IMG/VR virus record: IMGVR_UViG_3300049789_000029
Location: 1-55,910 of that record
Origin: a virus
Lineage: Duplodnaviria > Caudoviricetes
DNA: 55,910 nt
Reading direction: 5' to 3' (one strand)
Shown: positions 18,019 through 27,168 of the stretch, one piece after another
How the letters are laid out: each line of letters begins with the position of its first letter
Position numbering within the stretch: position 1 is the first letter of the stretch
Notes under the pieces: generated by a model
What the model was told of the DNA's origin: nothing
The model's database searches: none
What the model saw: the letters and a program-made list of their open reading frames with translations, nothing else
Program-made: the position numbers and the translations under genes

Positions 18019-18033
18019 CTCCCCTTGAAAATT

Positions 18034-18216
18034 ATGACGATGAACAAGTATCAGGGAACTTCCGGCAAAGGCACGAAGTACACCCGCACTCGCTATCAAT
18101 ACAAAACCGAAGAGACTAGCATGGCAAAGAAGCACTGGTCTGCTGATCACAAACCTATCTGTGGCGGATCACTGGCCGTGCTGGATGAGATGCTGAAGAA
18201 GGCTGGCTCAAAGTAG
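18034..18216 (+). CDS. Small basic hypothetical protein
   Basis: 60-aa ORF after the terminator. Confidence 0.45.
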   Translation: MTMNKYQGTSGKGTKYTRTRYQYKTEETSMAKKHWSADHKPICGGSLAVLDEMLKKAGSK

Positions 18217-18408
18217 GTTTGCCTGTTTCACCACCGGAGAGTTCCTGTGCCAGTGAAGAATCCACAGGGACTTTCCGGGTTTTCCTCTTTCGATCATCGT
18301 CACGATCTTGCCCGCCTGCTGTAGCCTGAGTAACTCGCCGTTGAATTCGTCTGATGATCGGACTTCGACTTTGCCCGTGCGCGGCGCTTCCGTCGCTGCA
18401 TCACTCAC
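18208..18408 (-). CDS. Hypothetical protein
   Basis: GTGA-coupled to 18405..18605. Confidence 0.5.
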   Translation of the reverse strand: MSDAATEAPRTGKVEVRSSDEFNGELLRLQQAGKIVTMIERGKPGKSLWILHWHRNSPVVKQANLL

Positions 18409-18605
18409 GAGATGACTCCCTTCTCTTTCAACAATTCGTGAACTCTCTTGTGTGCGTCCTGTTTGTGTCGCGCACATTCCGAGAGCGCGTGCTCCATCGC
18501 CGCCTGCGCTTCCTCTCTCGTTGGAAATCCTTCCGGAGGCTGATTGCGTTCGTTCTCCAGTGCGGTTTCCATGCGGCGCAAATCTTTGACAACAGAAGCG
18601 GACAT
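18405..18605 (-). CDS. Hypothetical protein
   Basis: 66-aa helical ORF divergent from the primase gene. Confidence 0.55.
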   Translation of the reverse strand: MSASVVKDLRRMETALENERNQPPEGFPTREEAQAAMEHALSECARHKQDAHKRVHELLKEKGVIS

Positions 18606-18610
18606 GCTGC

Positions 18611-18668
18611 TGTGAATAAACCCGTGGAAAACTTTTTACAACTCTGACTTGTTGGAAAGTTATCAACA
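18611..18668. promoter_or_regulatory. Cluster of DnaA-box-like sequences
   Basis: TGTGAATAA (18611-19, matches TTWTNCACA), CGTGGAAAA (18623-31) and TTATCAACA (18660-68), the last two with one mismatch each. Confidence 0.45.
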
Positions 18669-18708
18669 GGCGTAGAGTCGAAATCGTTTTCGTAAAACGG
18701 ACAGTTCT

Positions 18709-20715
18709 ATGACCACTCATGTTGAGGATTTTCGTGCGGCCATGTCTAAAGCGGGGCTTGTGTACGGCGGGTTAATTTTCGGTGACGGGAAAGTGCACCG
18801 CTTCAAATCCGAAGGCGATTCAGATGCGGCAAGCTGGTACGTTCTTTACGGCAATGACCCTGATTTTGCAGCCGGTGCGTTCGGTTGCTGGAGAAGGCAA
18901 TTCAAGGAAAACTGGCACTCCACAAACGGGCACGAGATGTCCAACGAAGAGCGCCAGCGAATCGCAAACATGCTTCGCGACTCTGAGAACGCTCGCAAGA
19001 CCGAAGAAGAAAAGCGTCACTCCGAAGCCAAGAGTAAAGCCTCTCAACTTCTCTCCGCCGCGTCCCCAGCAACTCCTGATCATCCGTATTTGACCCGCAA
19101 GAAAGTCGGCGTGCACGGGCGCATCCGCATTGATGCGGACGGCTGTCTTGTTCTGCCGGTGGACGACGTGGACGGTCATTTGCAATCGCTCCAACTCATC
19201 GCTCCGGACAAACGCTTCGGCATCGGTGAGAATAAACGGGACAGGGACTTTCTTGTTGGCGGCAAGATGCAGGGTTCTTTTTACACGATTGCTAACACCT
19301 CGTCCGGTCCCTTGATCATTTGTGAAGGTTACTCCACTGGAGCCTCGATCTTCGAAGCAACCGGATGGTCAACCGTGTGCGCCATGTTCTGCGGCAACCT
19401 CCTGTCCGTGGCGACGGCACTACGCAAAAAGTATCCGCATCGGAACATCATCATCGCAGCCGACAACGACAGGTTCAATTCCAAGCAAGGCCAGCCTCAC
19501 AACCCGGGAGTTCTCAAAGCCGAAGAAGCAGCCAAGGCCATCCGCGCTTTCGTCGCTGTGCCGGAATTTGCCGATGAAGATTTGCGCTCATCCGATTTCA
19601 ATGACCTTGCTGCTGTCTCAGGTCCGTCCGCCGTACGTGCCACCCTCATGAAGTGCCTGCCGATAATCGCAGTGCCTATCGGAGACCTGAGAGCCGCCCG
19701 CGTGGATGACCCCACCGAACTCCTGAAGAATAGATTCCTTTGCCAGAAGATGGCCGTCATGCTCGCGGGCGCAACCGGGAAGGGAAAATCTTCGCTCGCT
19801 CTCCAAGCCTTCGCGCTTTGGGCCAATAACCGTGAGTGCTTCGACATCGTCCCGGCACGTCCGCTCCGCACGATCTACGTTCAGGCTGAGAATGACGACG
19901 GAGACATCGCCGCAATTCGCGACGGCATTTGCAAGGGGCTTGAGTTCACCGAAAACGAACGGCGCATCTTCTGTGAGAGTGTCCTCGTCTTCACCGAAAC
20001 CGCTTTGTCCGGAAAACGTTTCTGTCAGGAGGTGCTCCGCAAGCTTTTGGATTTTCATGAAGGCACGGACATACTGGCGATTGACCCAGCGCTCTCCTAC
20101 CTCGGAGGTGATGTGCGTGATCAGAAGGACGTAGGATCATTCCTTCGCAATCATCTGTCTCCCATCCTGCACGATTACAACTGTGGAGGTTTCATCCTGC
20201 ATCACGCCAGCAAGCCCCCACCGATGATGAACAAACGTTCGTTCGGTTCCTATCAGGACTTTGCCTACTACGGCACGGGGTCCATTGAATGGGCAAACTG
20301 GGCACGCGGCGTTCTGGCTTTGGAATCCACTCCGGTAAAAGGCATCTTCAAACTCCACGCGGGCAAGCGCGGCCAGAAACTCGGATGGAAGGACGCGGAC
20401 GGCAAACCGATTTACTCCAAGGCCGTCGCTCACAGCAAAGACCCGCACGTCATCTTCTGGCGTGAACCTTCCCCGGACGAACTGCCACAGGGCCGTGACG
20501 CCAACTACGATCCGGAAGCTGTGGCCGAACTTTTGGAAGAGAAATCGCTCTCCACTTCCGAGTGGCAGAAGGAAGCCAATGACGAACTGGGTCTGTCCCG
20601 CGCCACGTTCTTTCGCGCAAAGAAGGAACTGGAAGGCTCAGAGCGCGTGATCAAATCCAAGATCAACAAAAAGTGGCAACTCGTCACCGAACAACAAGGA
20701 AAGCTGGACACATGA
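18709..20715 (+). CDS. Primase-helicase (Toprim + RepA/AAA_25-type ATPase + C-terminal HTH)
   Basis: HPYLTRK, ICEGYSTG, IAADND, SDFND; Walker A GATGKGKS, YVQAEN, LAIDP, ILHH. Confidence 0.9.
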   Translation: MTTHVEDFRAAMSKAGLVYGGLIFGDGKVHRFKSEGDSDAASWYVLYGNDPDFAAGAFGCWRRQFKENWHSTNGHEMSNEERQRIANMLRDSENARKTEEEKRHSEAKSKASQLLSAASPATPDHPYLTRKKVGVHGRIRIDADGCLVLPVDDVDGHLQSLQLIAPDKRFGIGENKRDRDFLVGGKMQGSFYTIANTSSGPLIICEGYSTGASIFEATGWSTVCAMFCGNLLSVATALRKKYPHRNIIIAADNDRFNSKQGQPHNPGVLKAEEAAKAIRAFVAVPEFADEDLRSSDFNDLAAVSGPSAVRATLMKCLPIIAVPIGDLRAARVDDPTELLKNRFLCQKMAVMLAGATGKGKSSLALQAFALWANNRECFDIVPARPLRTIYVQAENDDGDIAAIRDGICKGLEFTENERRIFCESVLVFTETALSGKRFCQEVLRKLLDFHEGTDILAIDPALSYLGGDVRDQKDVGSFLRNHLSPILHDYNCGGFILHHASKPPPMMNKRSFGSYQDFAYYGTGSIEWANWARGVLALESTPVKGIFKLHAGKRGQKLGWKDADGKPIYSKAVAHSKDPHVIFWREPSPDELPQGRDANYDPEAVAELLEEKSLSTSEWQKEANDELGLSRATFFRAKKELEGSERVIKSKINKKWQLVTEQQGKLDT

Positions 20716-20716
20716 T

Positions 20717-21628
20717 ATGAGAACTCTGACCGACAACGATAGACATTGGGGTCCGTTCACCTTCGGGAAATGGACCGGAACGTTTTCACTCACACTGAGC
20801 AGCGCTGGTGATGACGAGGATCATCCGGAAGAGAAATACAACACACTCCGATTGATTGCCTTTGGGTGGGTTCTCCGCATCCGAATCCCTCAACTCCTCC
20901 AGCCCTTCCGAATCAAACACCTCGCTGACTCGTGGGACGAAGCTACCATCAAGAGACTTGGCCGGAACTGGTATTACGAAGTCCACGAAAAAACGTTTGG
21001 CATTTCCCTGAGCGACATGGGAAACGGATACGACTTCCTTCAACTCTACTTCGGGCCACAGACACACGATAGCAGAACAACGAAGTCATGGTGCAAGCAC
21101 CTTCCGTGGAAACAGTGGAGGCATGTTCGGTTCAGCCTGTATCTTCCAACAGGAGGCCATTACTTCACTCACATCGAAAGCAACAGGCGTGACAGACTGG
21201 ATTCATTTGTTGCGCACATGGCTATTGAGGAGTCGTGCCCAAAAGTGCATTTCGGTTTCGAGGATTACGACGGGGAATTGATCATCGCTACTTGCAACGT
21301 AGAAGAGCGAGAGTGGCTCTTTGGCACCGGCTGGTTCAAGTGGTTAAGCCTCTTTCGCGCTCCTAAAATACGACGCTCGTTGAATCTCCAATTCAGCGCC
21401 GAAGTCGGCCCGCAAAAAAAATCATGGAAAGGCGGAACAGTCGGACACGGCATTGACATGCGCGAAGGCGAGACGCCTGAACAGGCTTTCCGCCGCTACT
21501 GCGAAATGGATCACGAGCGTAAAGGCAAACACTTCAAGCTTCGCTTCATTGGGCCATGCGATGCTCCTGCGAAAAAGGTGCCACAGATGAGTCATGAGGC
21601 TTCACCAGATCAATCCAAAGACTTATGA
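20717..21628 (+). CDS. Hypothetical protein (Trp-rich)
   Basis: 303-aa ORF tightly packed after the primase gene. Confidence 0.8.
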   Translation: MRTLTDNDRHWGPFTFGKWTGTFSLTLSSAGDDEDHPEEKYNTLRLIAFGWVLRIRIPQLLQPFRIKHLADSWDEATIKRLGRNWYYEVHEKTFGISLSDMGNGYDFLQLYFGPQTHDSRTTKSWCKHLPWKQWRHVRFSLYLPTGGHYFTHIESNRRDRLDSFVAHMAIEESCPKVHFGFEDYDGELIIATCNVEEREWLFGTGWFKWLSLFRAPKIRRSLNLQFSAEVGPQKKSWKGGTVGHGIDMREGETPEQAFRRYCEMDHERKGKHFKLRFIGPCDAPAKKVPQMSHEASPDQSKDL

Positions 21629-21903
21629 AAGGCACCTACCTCGAAATCCCTTACGACGCCAAGACCGGCAGAACCCGCAAGCTGGAGGATCACGAAAAGG
21701 CCGCGATGATGCTGCCGCTCCTCTGGGGAACCATCCCGGGCAACGATCTTGGAGCCGCCATGGTCATGATTGCCGCGCTCTGTTTCGATGGCGATGCCAA
21801 CAGAGCCAAGGACGCCATTGACCGCGCCGAATACCTGAACATGATCAGTGTCGAAAACAATCCCTTCACGGATGATGGCACACCTCCGCCCGGGAAAGTG
21901 TGA
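21625..21903 (+). CDS. Hypothetical protein
   Basis: ATGA-coupled. Confidence 0.7.
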   Translation: MKGTYLEIPYDAKTGRTRKLEDHEKAAMMLPLLWGTIPGNDLGAAMVMIAALCFDGDANRAKDAIDRAEYLNMISVENNPFTDDGTPPPGKV

Positions 21904-22022
21904 CAGCTTTTGTCCGGTCCGTCCCACAGTACCTCAACCCCTCTGCAACTGTAGCCTCCGAACAAAGTCAACTGGAGAAAAGTGCGGTAACTTTTCCGCC
22001 GCTCCCACAACACCAGCACCTT

Positions 22023-22412
22023 ATGAACAACCAACAACCCGCAAACCCCTCACCCATCACCCAACTGCCGGACGGCTCCGGCTGTTTCACCGCCACAATC
22101 ATGTCCCGGGAGGAAGCGATGAAGCTCCCGCTCAAGGACCGCCCACTCTGCTACCGCATCTCCTCCGACATGTATCGCGCCGTCTTCGAAGCTATCGGAG
22201 CCGCGTCCATGTGCTGGCAACCACGCCCGGGCACGGAAGTCTTCAAAGCTGAAGAAGCCTCCAACATCGCCGTCGCACTCTGCTTCCAAATCGCAGGCGA
22301 AATCGAAGGAGCCGTGGAAGCCCGCCTCGCCATCATTCAGTTGAAAGCTGATCAGTTGGAAACCCGACTCAATGAAATCATCAACCACCCGCCACAAACT
22401 CCCCCGGCGTGA
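22023..22412 (+). CDS. Hypothetical protein (start may be 21900)
   Basis: LPDGSGCF, EAIGAASMCW. Confidence 0.65.
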   Translation: MNNQQPANPSPITQLPDGSGCFTATIMSREEAMKLPLKDRPLCYRISSDMYRAVFEAIGAASMCWQPRPGTEVFKAEEASNIAVALCFQIAGEIEGAVEARLAIIQLKADQLETRLNEIINHPPQTPPA

Positions 22413-22590
22413 CCGCATCCACCTCTTGGCCGTCCGCGCTCACCACCTGACCGACAACCAGTCCGCCAACGCTTGGACCACTCTCATAGATCAACTGGAT
22501 GAACTCTCCACCAGAGATGTCCCCAAGTTCGATGACCTGTTCCGCGCCGTACGCCTCGCCACCATCCGGGGCCGTCAGTCCTCTCCCTGA
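22372..22590 (+). CDS. Hypothetical protein
   Basis: 72-aa ORF closing the operon. Confidence 0.45.
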   Translation: MKSSTTRHKLPRRDRIHLLAVRAHHLTDNQSANAWTTLIDQLDELSTRDVPKFDDLFRAVRLATIRGRQSSP

Positions 22591-22635
22591 CTGTCCCATT
22601 TACAGACAACCGTAAATGCCGCCCTTTAATGGATT

Positions 22636-22835
22636 CTGGTCTCCCAAACTGAGGTGCTCTCTCATGCCAATTTCTCGTGAGACTTTCTCCACCCCTGAGA
22701 GCCTCAAAAACTGTCTCCTGCTGCATGTTAGTCTCAAGTCTCAAATAGTCCCTATAAGGACTATTCTATTTGAGACACTTGATACTAAATGCAGCCGAAG
22801 TCTCATGAGACTCTCGTGAGATGTATTTGAGACTG
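22636..22835. repeat. GAGAC/GTCTC iteron and palindrome array; candidate replication origin
   Basis: Nine GAGAC/GTCTC copies in ~200 bp, 14-bp palindrome AGTCTCATGAGACT (22799-22812), inverted repeat 22738-48/22766-76, AT-rich. Confidence 0.65.
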
Positions 22836-22890
22836 ATACCTTTCTGTAATAGTCTTGCAGTAATTAGAGGCACCACGTATAACCCAAATA

Positions 22891-23085
22891 ATGAACAATA
22901 AAAAGTGTCTCGTTCCCGATTGTCACAGACATCCAACCGCCAGAGGTCTGTGCCATATCTGCTACAACATCGCTCTCAAAATGGTCAAACGAGGTGAAAC
23001 AACTTGGGAGCAACTTGCTGCTTCCGGAAAAGCCCTCCAATGGCGCGGCAAAGCCAAAACACTTCAGTGGTTCAGACAAAAATAA
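22891..23085 (+). CDS. Small zinc-finger protein
   Basis: CLVPDC...ARGLCHICY. Confidence 0.65.
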   Translation: MNNKKCLVPDCHRHPTARGLCHICYNIALKMVKRGETTWEQLAASGKALQWRGKAKTLQWFRQK

Positions 23086-23107
23086 AATGTCTTACGTATG
23101 TGGGCTA

Positions 23108-23512
23108 TTAACTCTCAATCCGCCTCGCTTTTGGCCCCGGTCCGGGTGGGGGGTGTGGGGACGGGTCGGCCTGCGAAAGAGATTCCTTCGAAAGATTCTC
23201 CGTGGCCTGTGGGGGAGAAGTCGGCGGCGCGGCGTCCGGCTCTTCGAAGTCTCCGGGAGCGGACGGCTCACGAGTGGGCTTGGGGTTGGGAGCAACAGCA
23301 GCACGAGACCGCTTTCCGTTCCTCATCTTCAACTTGGTTTGCTCAAGCTCGTCCCAAGCGCGGACAAGAGTGATGCGTGTCTTCGGGTTCTTGCATTCGC
23401 GGATGTCCTTTGCGAGGAGCGCTTGAAATTCAACGGCTTGAAGGAATGCCAGTGATTGGTGCGGTCGGGTCTTGGTACTGAACGGTTTGCCGGGTGGTTG
23501 GGGAGCAAACAT
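23108..23512 (-). CDS. Hypothetical protein, possible terminase small subunit
   Basis: Helical core with Pro-rich tail; no other TerS candidate seen; function is speculative. Confidence 0.4.
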   Translation of the reverse strand: MFAPQPPGKPFSTKTRPHQSLAFLQAVEFQALLAKDIRECKNPKTRITLVRAWDELEQTKLKMRNGKRSRAAVAPNPKPTREPSAPGDFEEPDAAPPTSPPQATENLSKESLSQADPSPHPPPGPGPKARRIES

Positions 23513-23516
23513 TGGA

Positions 23517-23531
23517 GCATCATGGAACACC
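23517..23531 (+). promoter_or_regulatory. Early-region motif copy 1, GCATCATGGAACACC
   Basis: Other copies at 24403, 25841, 29000 and 31037. Confidence 0.6.
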
Positions 23532-23597
23532 GTATGTGAAGACCAGTCAACAACTGATTGGTGACAACAAACAACAGAACAGAAAAAAGGACAGACA

Positions 23598-24146
23598 ATG
23601 AAACAGATACAGTTATTCAACGGCGTAGTGATTGGTGAGACCAGTGACGTGCTGAAGGCGTGCGCGGTGAAGCATGTGACGAACCCGGGGGAGAAGAAAG
23701 TCAATGCGAAGGGTAAGGAGCGGATTGTGGGAGTGAAGGACGTGACGCAAGTGCAGTTGTTTCCGAGAACGGCGGGAGATGGCAAGCAAAGTTTGGCGAA
23801 ACTCTTTCCGGACCAGAAGGGTCAAGGGTTGATGGCGTTCGAGGTGAAGATGCGCAGTGAGATTGCCGAAGCGGTTCTGAAGGACTTGTCGGGCAAGATC
23901 ATGTCAGGTGAGTACGTGTTCGGTGCGGCCAAGCTGAACAATCGGAACGGCAATTACGATTTGAAGTTCAAGCGGGCGGCTGTCCGGATTGTGCGGGATG
24001 AAGTGACGGAGGAGGCGGCGTGCAAAGCGCTGGGGATTACGGCGGAGCAACTGGCGGCGATAAAGGCGGCGGGATTGCCGGTGCCAGCGGGCAAGGCCAA
24101 GGGTAACAAAACCACGGTGGAAACGCTGACACTGAAGGCGGCTTAA
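23598..24146 (+). CDS. Hypothetical protein (first gene of the rightward early-type block)
   Basis: AAAGGACAG leader, 182 aa. Confidence 0.8.
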   Translation: MKQIQLFNGVVIGETSDVLKACAVKHVTNPGEKKVNAKGKERIVGVKDVTQVQLFPRTAGDGKQSLAKLFPDQKGQGLMAFEVKMRSEIAEAVLKDLSGKIMSGEYVFGAAKLNNRNGNYDLKFKRAAVRIVRDEVTEEAACKALGITAEQLAAIKAAGLPVPAGKAKGNKTTVETLTLKAA

Positions 24147-24230
24147 TCCAACAGAGACCAAGCGAACAATCAACAGAGCGACAGACCAGCGAAGCGGAGC
24201 GCTGGCTGTTGCCGTTGGGAAAGGAACACA

Positions 24231-24401
24231 GTGAAGCGATTGATTGAACTCTTGTTTGTGATCGAATGCCACGAGTCGGACATGATCTGGCACTTGCAAC
24301 ACGGGACAGTTGCGGAGTTTGAAGAGAGCAAAAGGCTTCGGGCTAAAAGTCTGCGTATGCTGGCCAAAGTCGTCCGCTTCGCTGTGCCAACATTCGACTG
24401 A
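24231..24401 (+). CDS. Small hypothetical protein (56 aa)
   Basis: GAAAGGAACA leader then GTG; MKRLIELLFVIECHESD... Confidence 0.5.
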   Translation: MKRLIELLFVIECHESDMIWHLQHGTVAEFEESKRLRAKSLRMLAKVVRFAVPTFD

Positions 24402-24402
24402 A

Positions 24403-24417
24403 GCATCATAGGACACC
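24403..24417 (+). promoter_or_regulatory. Early-region motif copy 2, GCATCATAGGACACC
   Basis: Identical to 25841-25855. Confidence 0.6.
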
Positions 24418-24442
24418 ATTAGTGAAGAAAGGACAGACATCT

Positions 24443-24670
24443 ATGCCGAAACATCTCCGAAAGAACAAAGCGCCCGTGTGTCTGCACATACTGGGCCAGC
24501 CACTCGTCAATCAGGTATGGGAAGAAGGTCACGAGCTACACAAGGCCGTGGTAGACCTTCTCGCGCATCACCGGATCAAAGCGCTGGATGGAGTCAGCGA
24601 CACGTTGCAGCCCCGGCTGGACAGGCTGCGCGAACTGACGCGGGATGAACCCAAGATCGATAGCATCTGA
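24443..24670 (+). CDS. Hypothetical protein
   Basis: AAAGGACAG leader. Confidence 0.65.
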   Translation: MPKHLRKNKAPVCLHILGQPLVNQVWEEGHELHKAVVDLLAHHRIKALDGVSDTLQPRLDRLRELTRDEPKIDSI

Positions 24671-24738
24671 TTGCGGTCTGTCTCGTGACAGGGGACAGAG
24701 CGCAGTTAAATCGACTGCACAACGAAGAAAGGACAGTT

Positions 24739-24963
24739 ATGAGCAAAGCAACAGAGACCAGTTACAAAGGACATCCCACCATCTCACTTGGGACTGACAC
24801 GCGGTTCCCGTTCAACTTCGGTTTGGAGAAGGCCAAGCTGGTTGTTGAGCACATAGACGCCATTCGTGCGTTCGTGGCCAAGCATGACAAGGCTGCGCGT
24901 CATCAGCCCGACCAGTTTGACATGCAGGTGGAAGACAACATGCGGGATGCTTGTGGCCTGTGA
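24739..24963 (+). CDS. Hypothetical protein
   Basis: AAAGGACAG leader; YKGHPTISL..FPFNFGLEKAKLVVEH. Confidence 0.75.
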   Translation: MSKATETSYKGHPTISLGTDTRFPFNFGLEKAKLVVEHIDAIRAFVAKHDKAARHQPDQFDMQVEDNMRDACGL

Positions 24964-25165
24964 AACAGCGCTTCCATTTCTCCAAGCAGCAAACGCAAAC
25001 GGGGAGCACCGCATTTGGTGCGCCCCGGGAGCGCCAGTTCTTGCGCTTGCGAGTTCGATACTGGCCCATGTGGAGACATCTCTCCCCATGGGATATTCGA
25101 GTGATCAAACAGAACCGAACGCTCCAAGTCTGGGCGCTGGAGTTCACAGTCACACGGAGGATGCA

Positions 25166-25387
25166 ATGAACGAATTCGAAAAGCTGATTGCGGCGATTGT
25201 TGCGGACTACAAGGCAGGCACAAAGCCAGCGGTGCTTGCGCTCCGGATCATCGCCATCAAGCCGCACCCTATTCAGATGGCATTCATCGCGTTGGAGGTG
25301 GCTTCGTACATGACGGATCATGACGAATGCGAGTTCCGCTCACAGTTCCTTTGGACATGCACGGAGGTGATGAATGCGCGTGGTTAA
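25166..25387 (+). CDS. Hypothetical protein
   Basis: GGAGG SD before MNEFEKLIAA. Confidence 0.6.
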   Translation: MNEFEKLIAAIVADYKAGTKPAVLALRIIAIKPHPIQMAFIALEVASYMTDHDECEFRSQFLWTCTEVMNARG

Positions 25388-25808
25388 GGTTCCGTGGAAG
25401 CTGGATGCCAAGTGGCTCACTCGCTTCAACAGGCGTTTCAACGTGGACAAGGGCACCTATGATGGCCGCTTCACCTCACGTCTGGGCCGTGGCTATTGCA
25501 CAGGCAATCCGTGGCAGAAGATGGAATACACGTTCACAGAGCAACCGGCCAAAAGAAAGGGGCCGAACAGGAAGACAATGATAACGCAATACGTGATCGA
25601 AGCACGAACTGAGGAAGGGACATTGAAGTTCGATTGTCCCCAGCCTGAAGAGTTCTTCGGCCAAGAGGCCATCACCGGCATCACAACGAACCAGATGGCA
25701 CAGGCCATCTACCGCGCCAAGCCAGACGCGGTGCTAACCGGAGACACAGTTGCCATCTGGCCGCGACTGATCAACGAGCATTGGACAGCACGTCCGATGA
25801 CGTGGTGA
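25374..25808 (+). CDS. Hypothetical protein
   Basis: 144-aa ORF with GGAGGTG upstream. Confidence 0.55.
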   Translation: MRVVKVPWKLDAKWLTRFNRRFNVDKGTYDGRFTSRLGRGYCTGNPWQKMEYTFTEQPAKRKGPNRKTMITQYVIEARTEEGTLKFDCPQPEEFFGQEAITGITTNQMAQAIYRAKPDAVLTGDTVAIWPRLINEHWTARPMTW

Positions 25809-25819
25809 AAAAGACTTGA

Positions 25820-25875
25820 GTTCAGCGCAACATCTACCAAGCATCATAGGACACCTTGGTAGATGGACGCTGGGC
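25820..25875 (+). promoter_or_regulatory. Long hairpin displaying early-region motif copy 3 in its loop
   Basis: catctaccaag-[catcataggacac]-cttggtagatg, extended by gttcagcg/cgctgggc. Confidence 0.65.
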
Positions 25876-25921
25876 GCAACGTTCAGCACAAAACATCAAC
25901 CAACAGAAAGGACAGTTAAGT

Positions 25922-26968
25922 ATGAGAATAAGTGAGTACGGAGACCTTATGGAGAAGGCGCTCCCCAAAGGACGGAAAGTCTTGTCAGTCGGCCCGCCCG
26001 GAGTCGGCAAGACAGAACAGGCTGGCACATCCGCACGGCGTTGCGGGATGGAATTCATCGGCCTGTGTTCAGCGTTGGAAGACCCAAGCTCCATTCGGGG
26101 CTATCCGTCACGAGGAGCCAACGGGGAAGCAACGCATTGCCTGTTCGATGGCATTGCCAAGGCGTTCAAAGCGGAGAAGCCCACGCTTCTCTTTTTCGAT
26201 GACTTGGGCATGGCCAGTGAGAGCACGATGCGAGCGATTGTTCGGCTCGTGCAGTTCGGTGAGATTGATAACCGCAAGCTCCCGGATCATGTGGTGATCG
26301 GTGCGGCGACGAATGACGTAGGGCACGGCGCTGGCGTCTACGGGATGATTGAACCGCTGAAGAGCCGGTTTCATTCCATCGTCAACGTGGAGACGAGTCT
26401 GGAGGACGTGATTGCCTACGGTCTTGCCCATGGCTGGCCAACGGATATGTGCGCCTATCTGCGCAATGCGCCAGATGCATTGCATGATTGGAAGCCTACA
26501 AAGGACATGAAGATCGGTGGCGCGTGTCCGCGTGGCTGGGCATATGCGGCGGACTGGGTGAACGATGGCGTTCTTGACCCGGAGGTGTTGGCTGGCTGTA
26601 TCGGCAAAGGCAGAGCCACGGCTTACATCGCGTTTCGCCAGTTGATCAACGAACTGCCGGACGTGCATCAGGTGTTGATGAATCCGGATTCGGCTCCGGT
26701 GCCTGAGAATCCGTCTGCGCGGTTTTTGGTGTCCATGGCCTTAGCAGGTCACATGGATGGCGGCAACTTCGGCAACGCGATGAAATACCTTGGTCGCTTG
26801 CCCGGGATGTTCCGTGGGTTCGCAATCCGCGACTCCATCAGAGCGGAGAACGAGAAGCGCAAGAATGATACGCTCAAGCCCGGGTATCGGCAGATTAGCG
26901 CCAGTCGTGACTTCACGGCATGGGCCTGTTCTGAGGACGGCAAAGCCATCATGTCGGCGGCATCGTGA
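25922..26968 (+). CDS. MoxR/dynein-related AAA+ ATPase
   Basis: GPPGVGKT, LLFFDDL, GAATN, PLKSRF, CPRGW. Confidence 0.88.
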   Translation: MRISEYGDLMEKALPKGRKVLSVGPPGVGKTEQAGTSARRCGMEFIGLCSALEDPSSIRGYPSRGANGEATHCLFDGIAKAFKAEKPTLLFFDDLGMASESTMRAIVRLVQFGEIDNRKLPDHVVIGAATNDVGHGAGVYGMIEPLKSRFHSIVNVETSLEDVIAYGLAHGWPTDMCAYLRNAPDALHDWKPTKDMKIGGACPRGWAYAADWVNDGVLDPEVLAGCIGKGRATAYIAFRQLINELPDVHQVLMNPDSAPVPENPSARFLVSMALAGHMDGGNFGNAMKYLGRLPGMFRGFAIRDSIRAENEKRKNDTLKPGYRQISASRDFTAWACSEDGKAIMSAAS

Positions 26969-27156
26969 AAAGGTTCAAGGTTCCCAAAGGAGCCGCCATC
27001 ACTGAGCACCTGTCTCCCCAACAGATTGAAGCGGCTGGCCGCTATCACTACTACGTGGAGAGAAAGCGCACAGCGAGCAAGAGTATGCGCAAGCGTCTGC
27101 TGGAACTACAACGACAGGCGCTTGCCGACTACATGACGGCAACTTTGATCAAGTGA
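26965..27156 (+). CDS. Hypothetical protein
   Basis: GTGA-coupled. Confidence 0.55.
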   Translation: MKRFKVPKGAAITEHLSPQQIEAAGRYHYYVERKRTASKSMRKRLLELQRQALADYMTATLIK

Positions 27157-27168
27157 AAGGACAGAAAA

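Noticed and set aside
22616-22819. 67-aa ORF over the repeat array
   Set aside because: Low-complexity translation of the GAGAC repeats, without a ribosome-binding site
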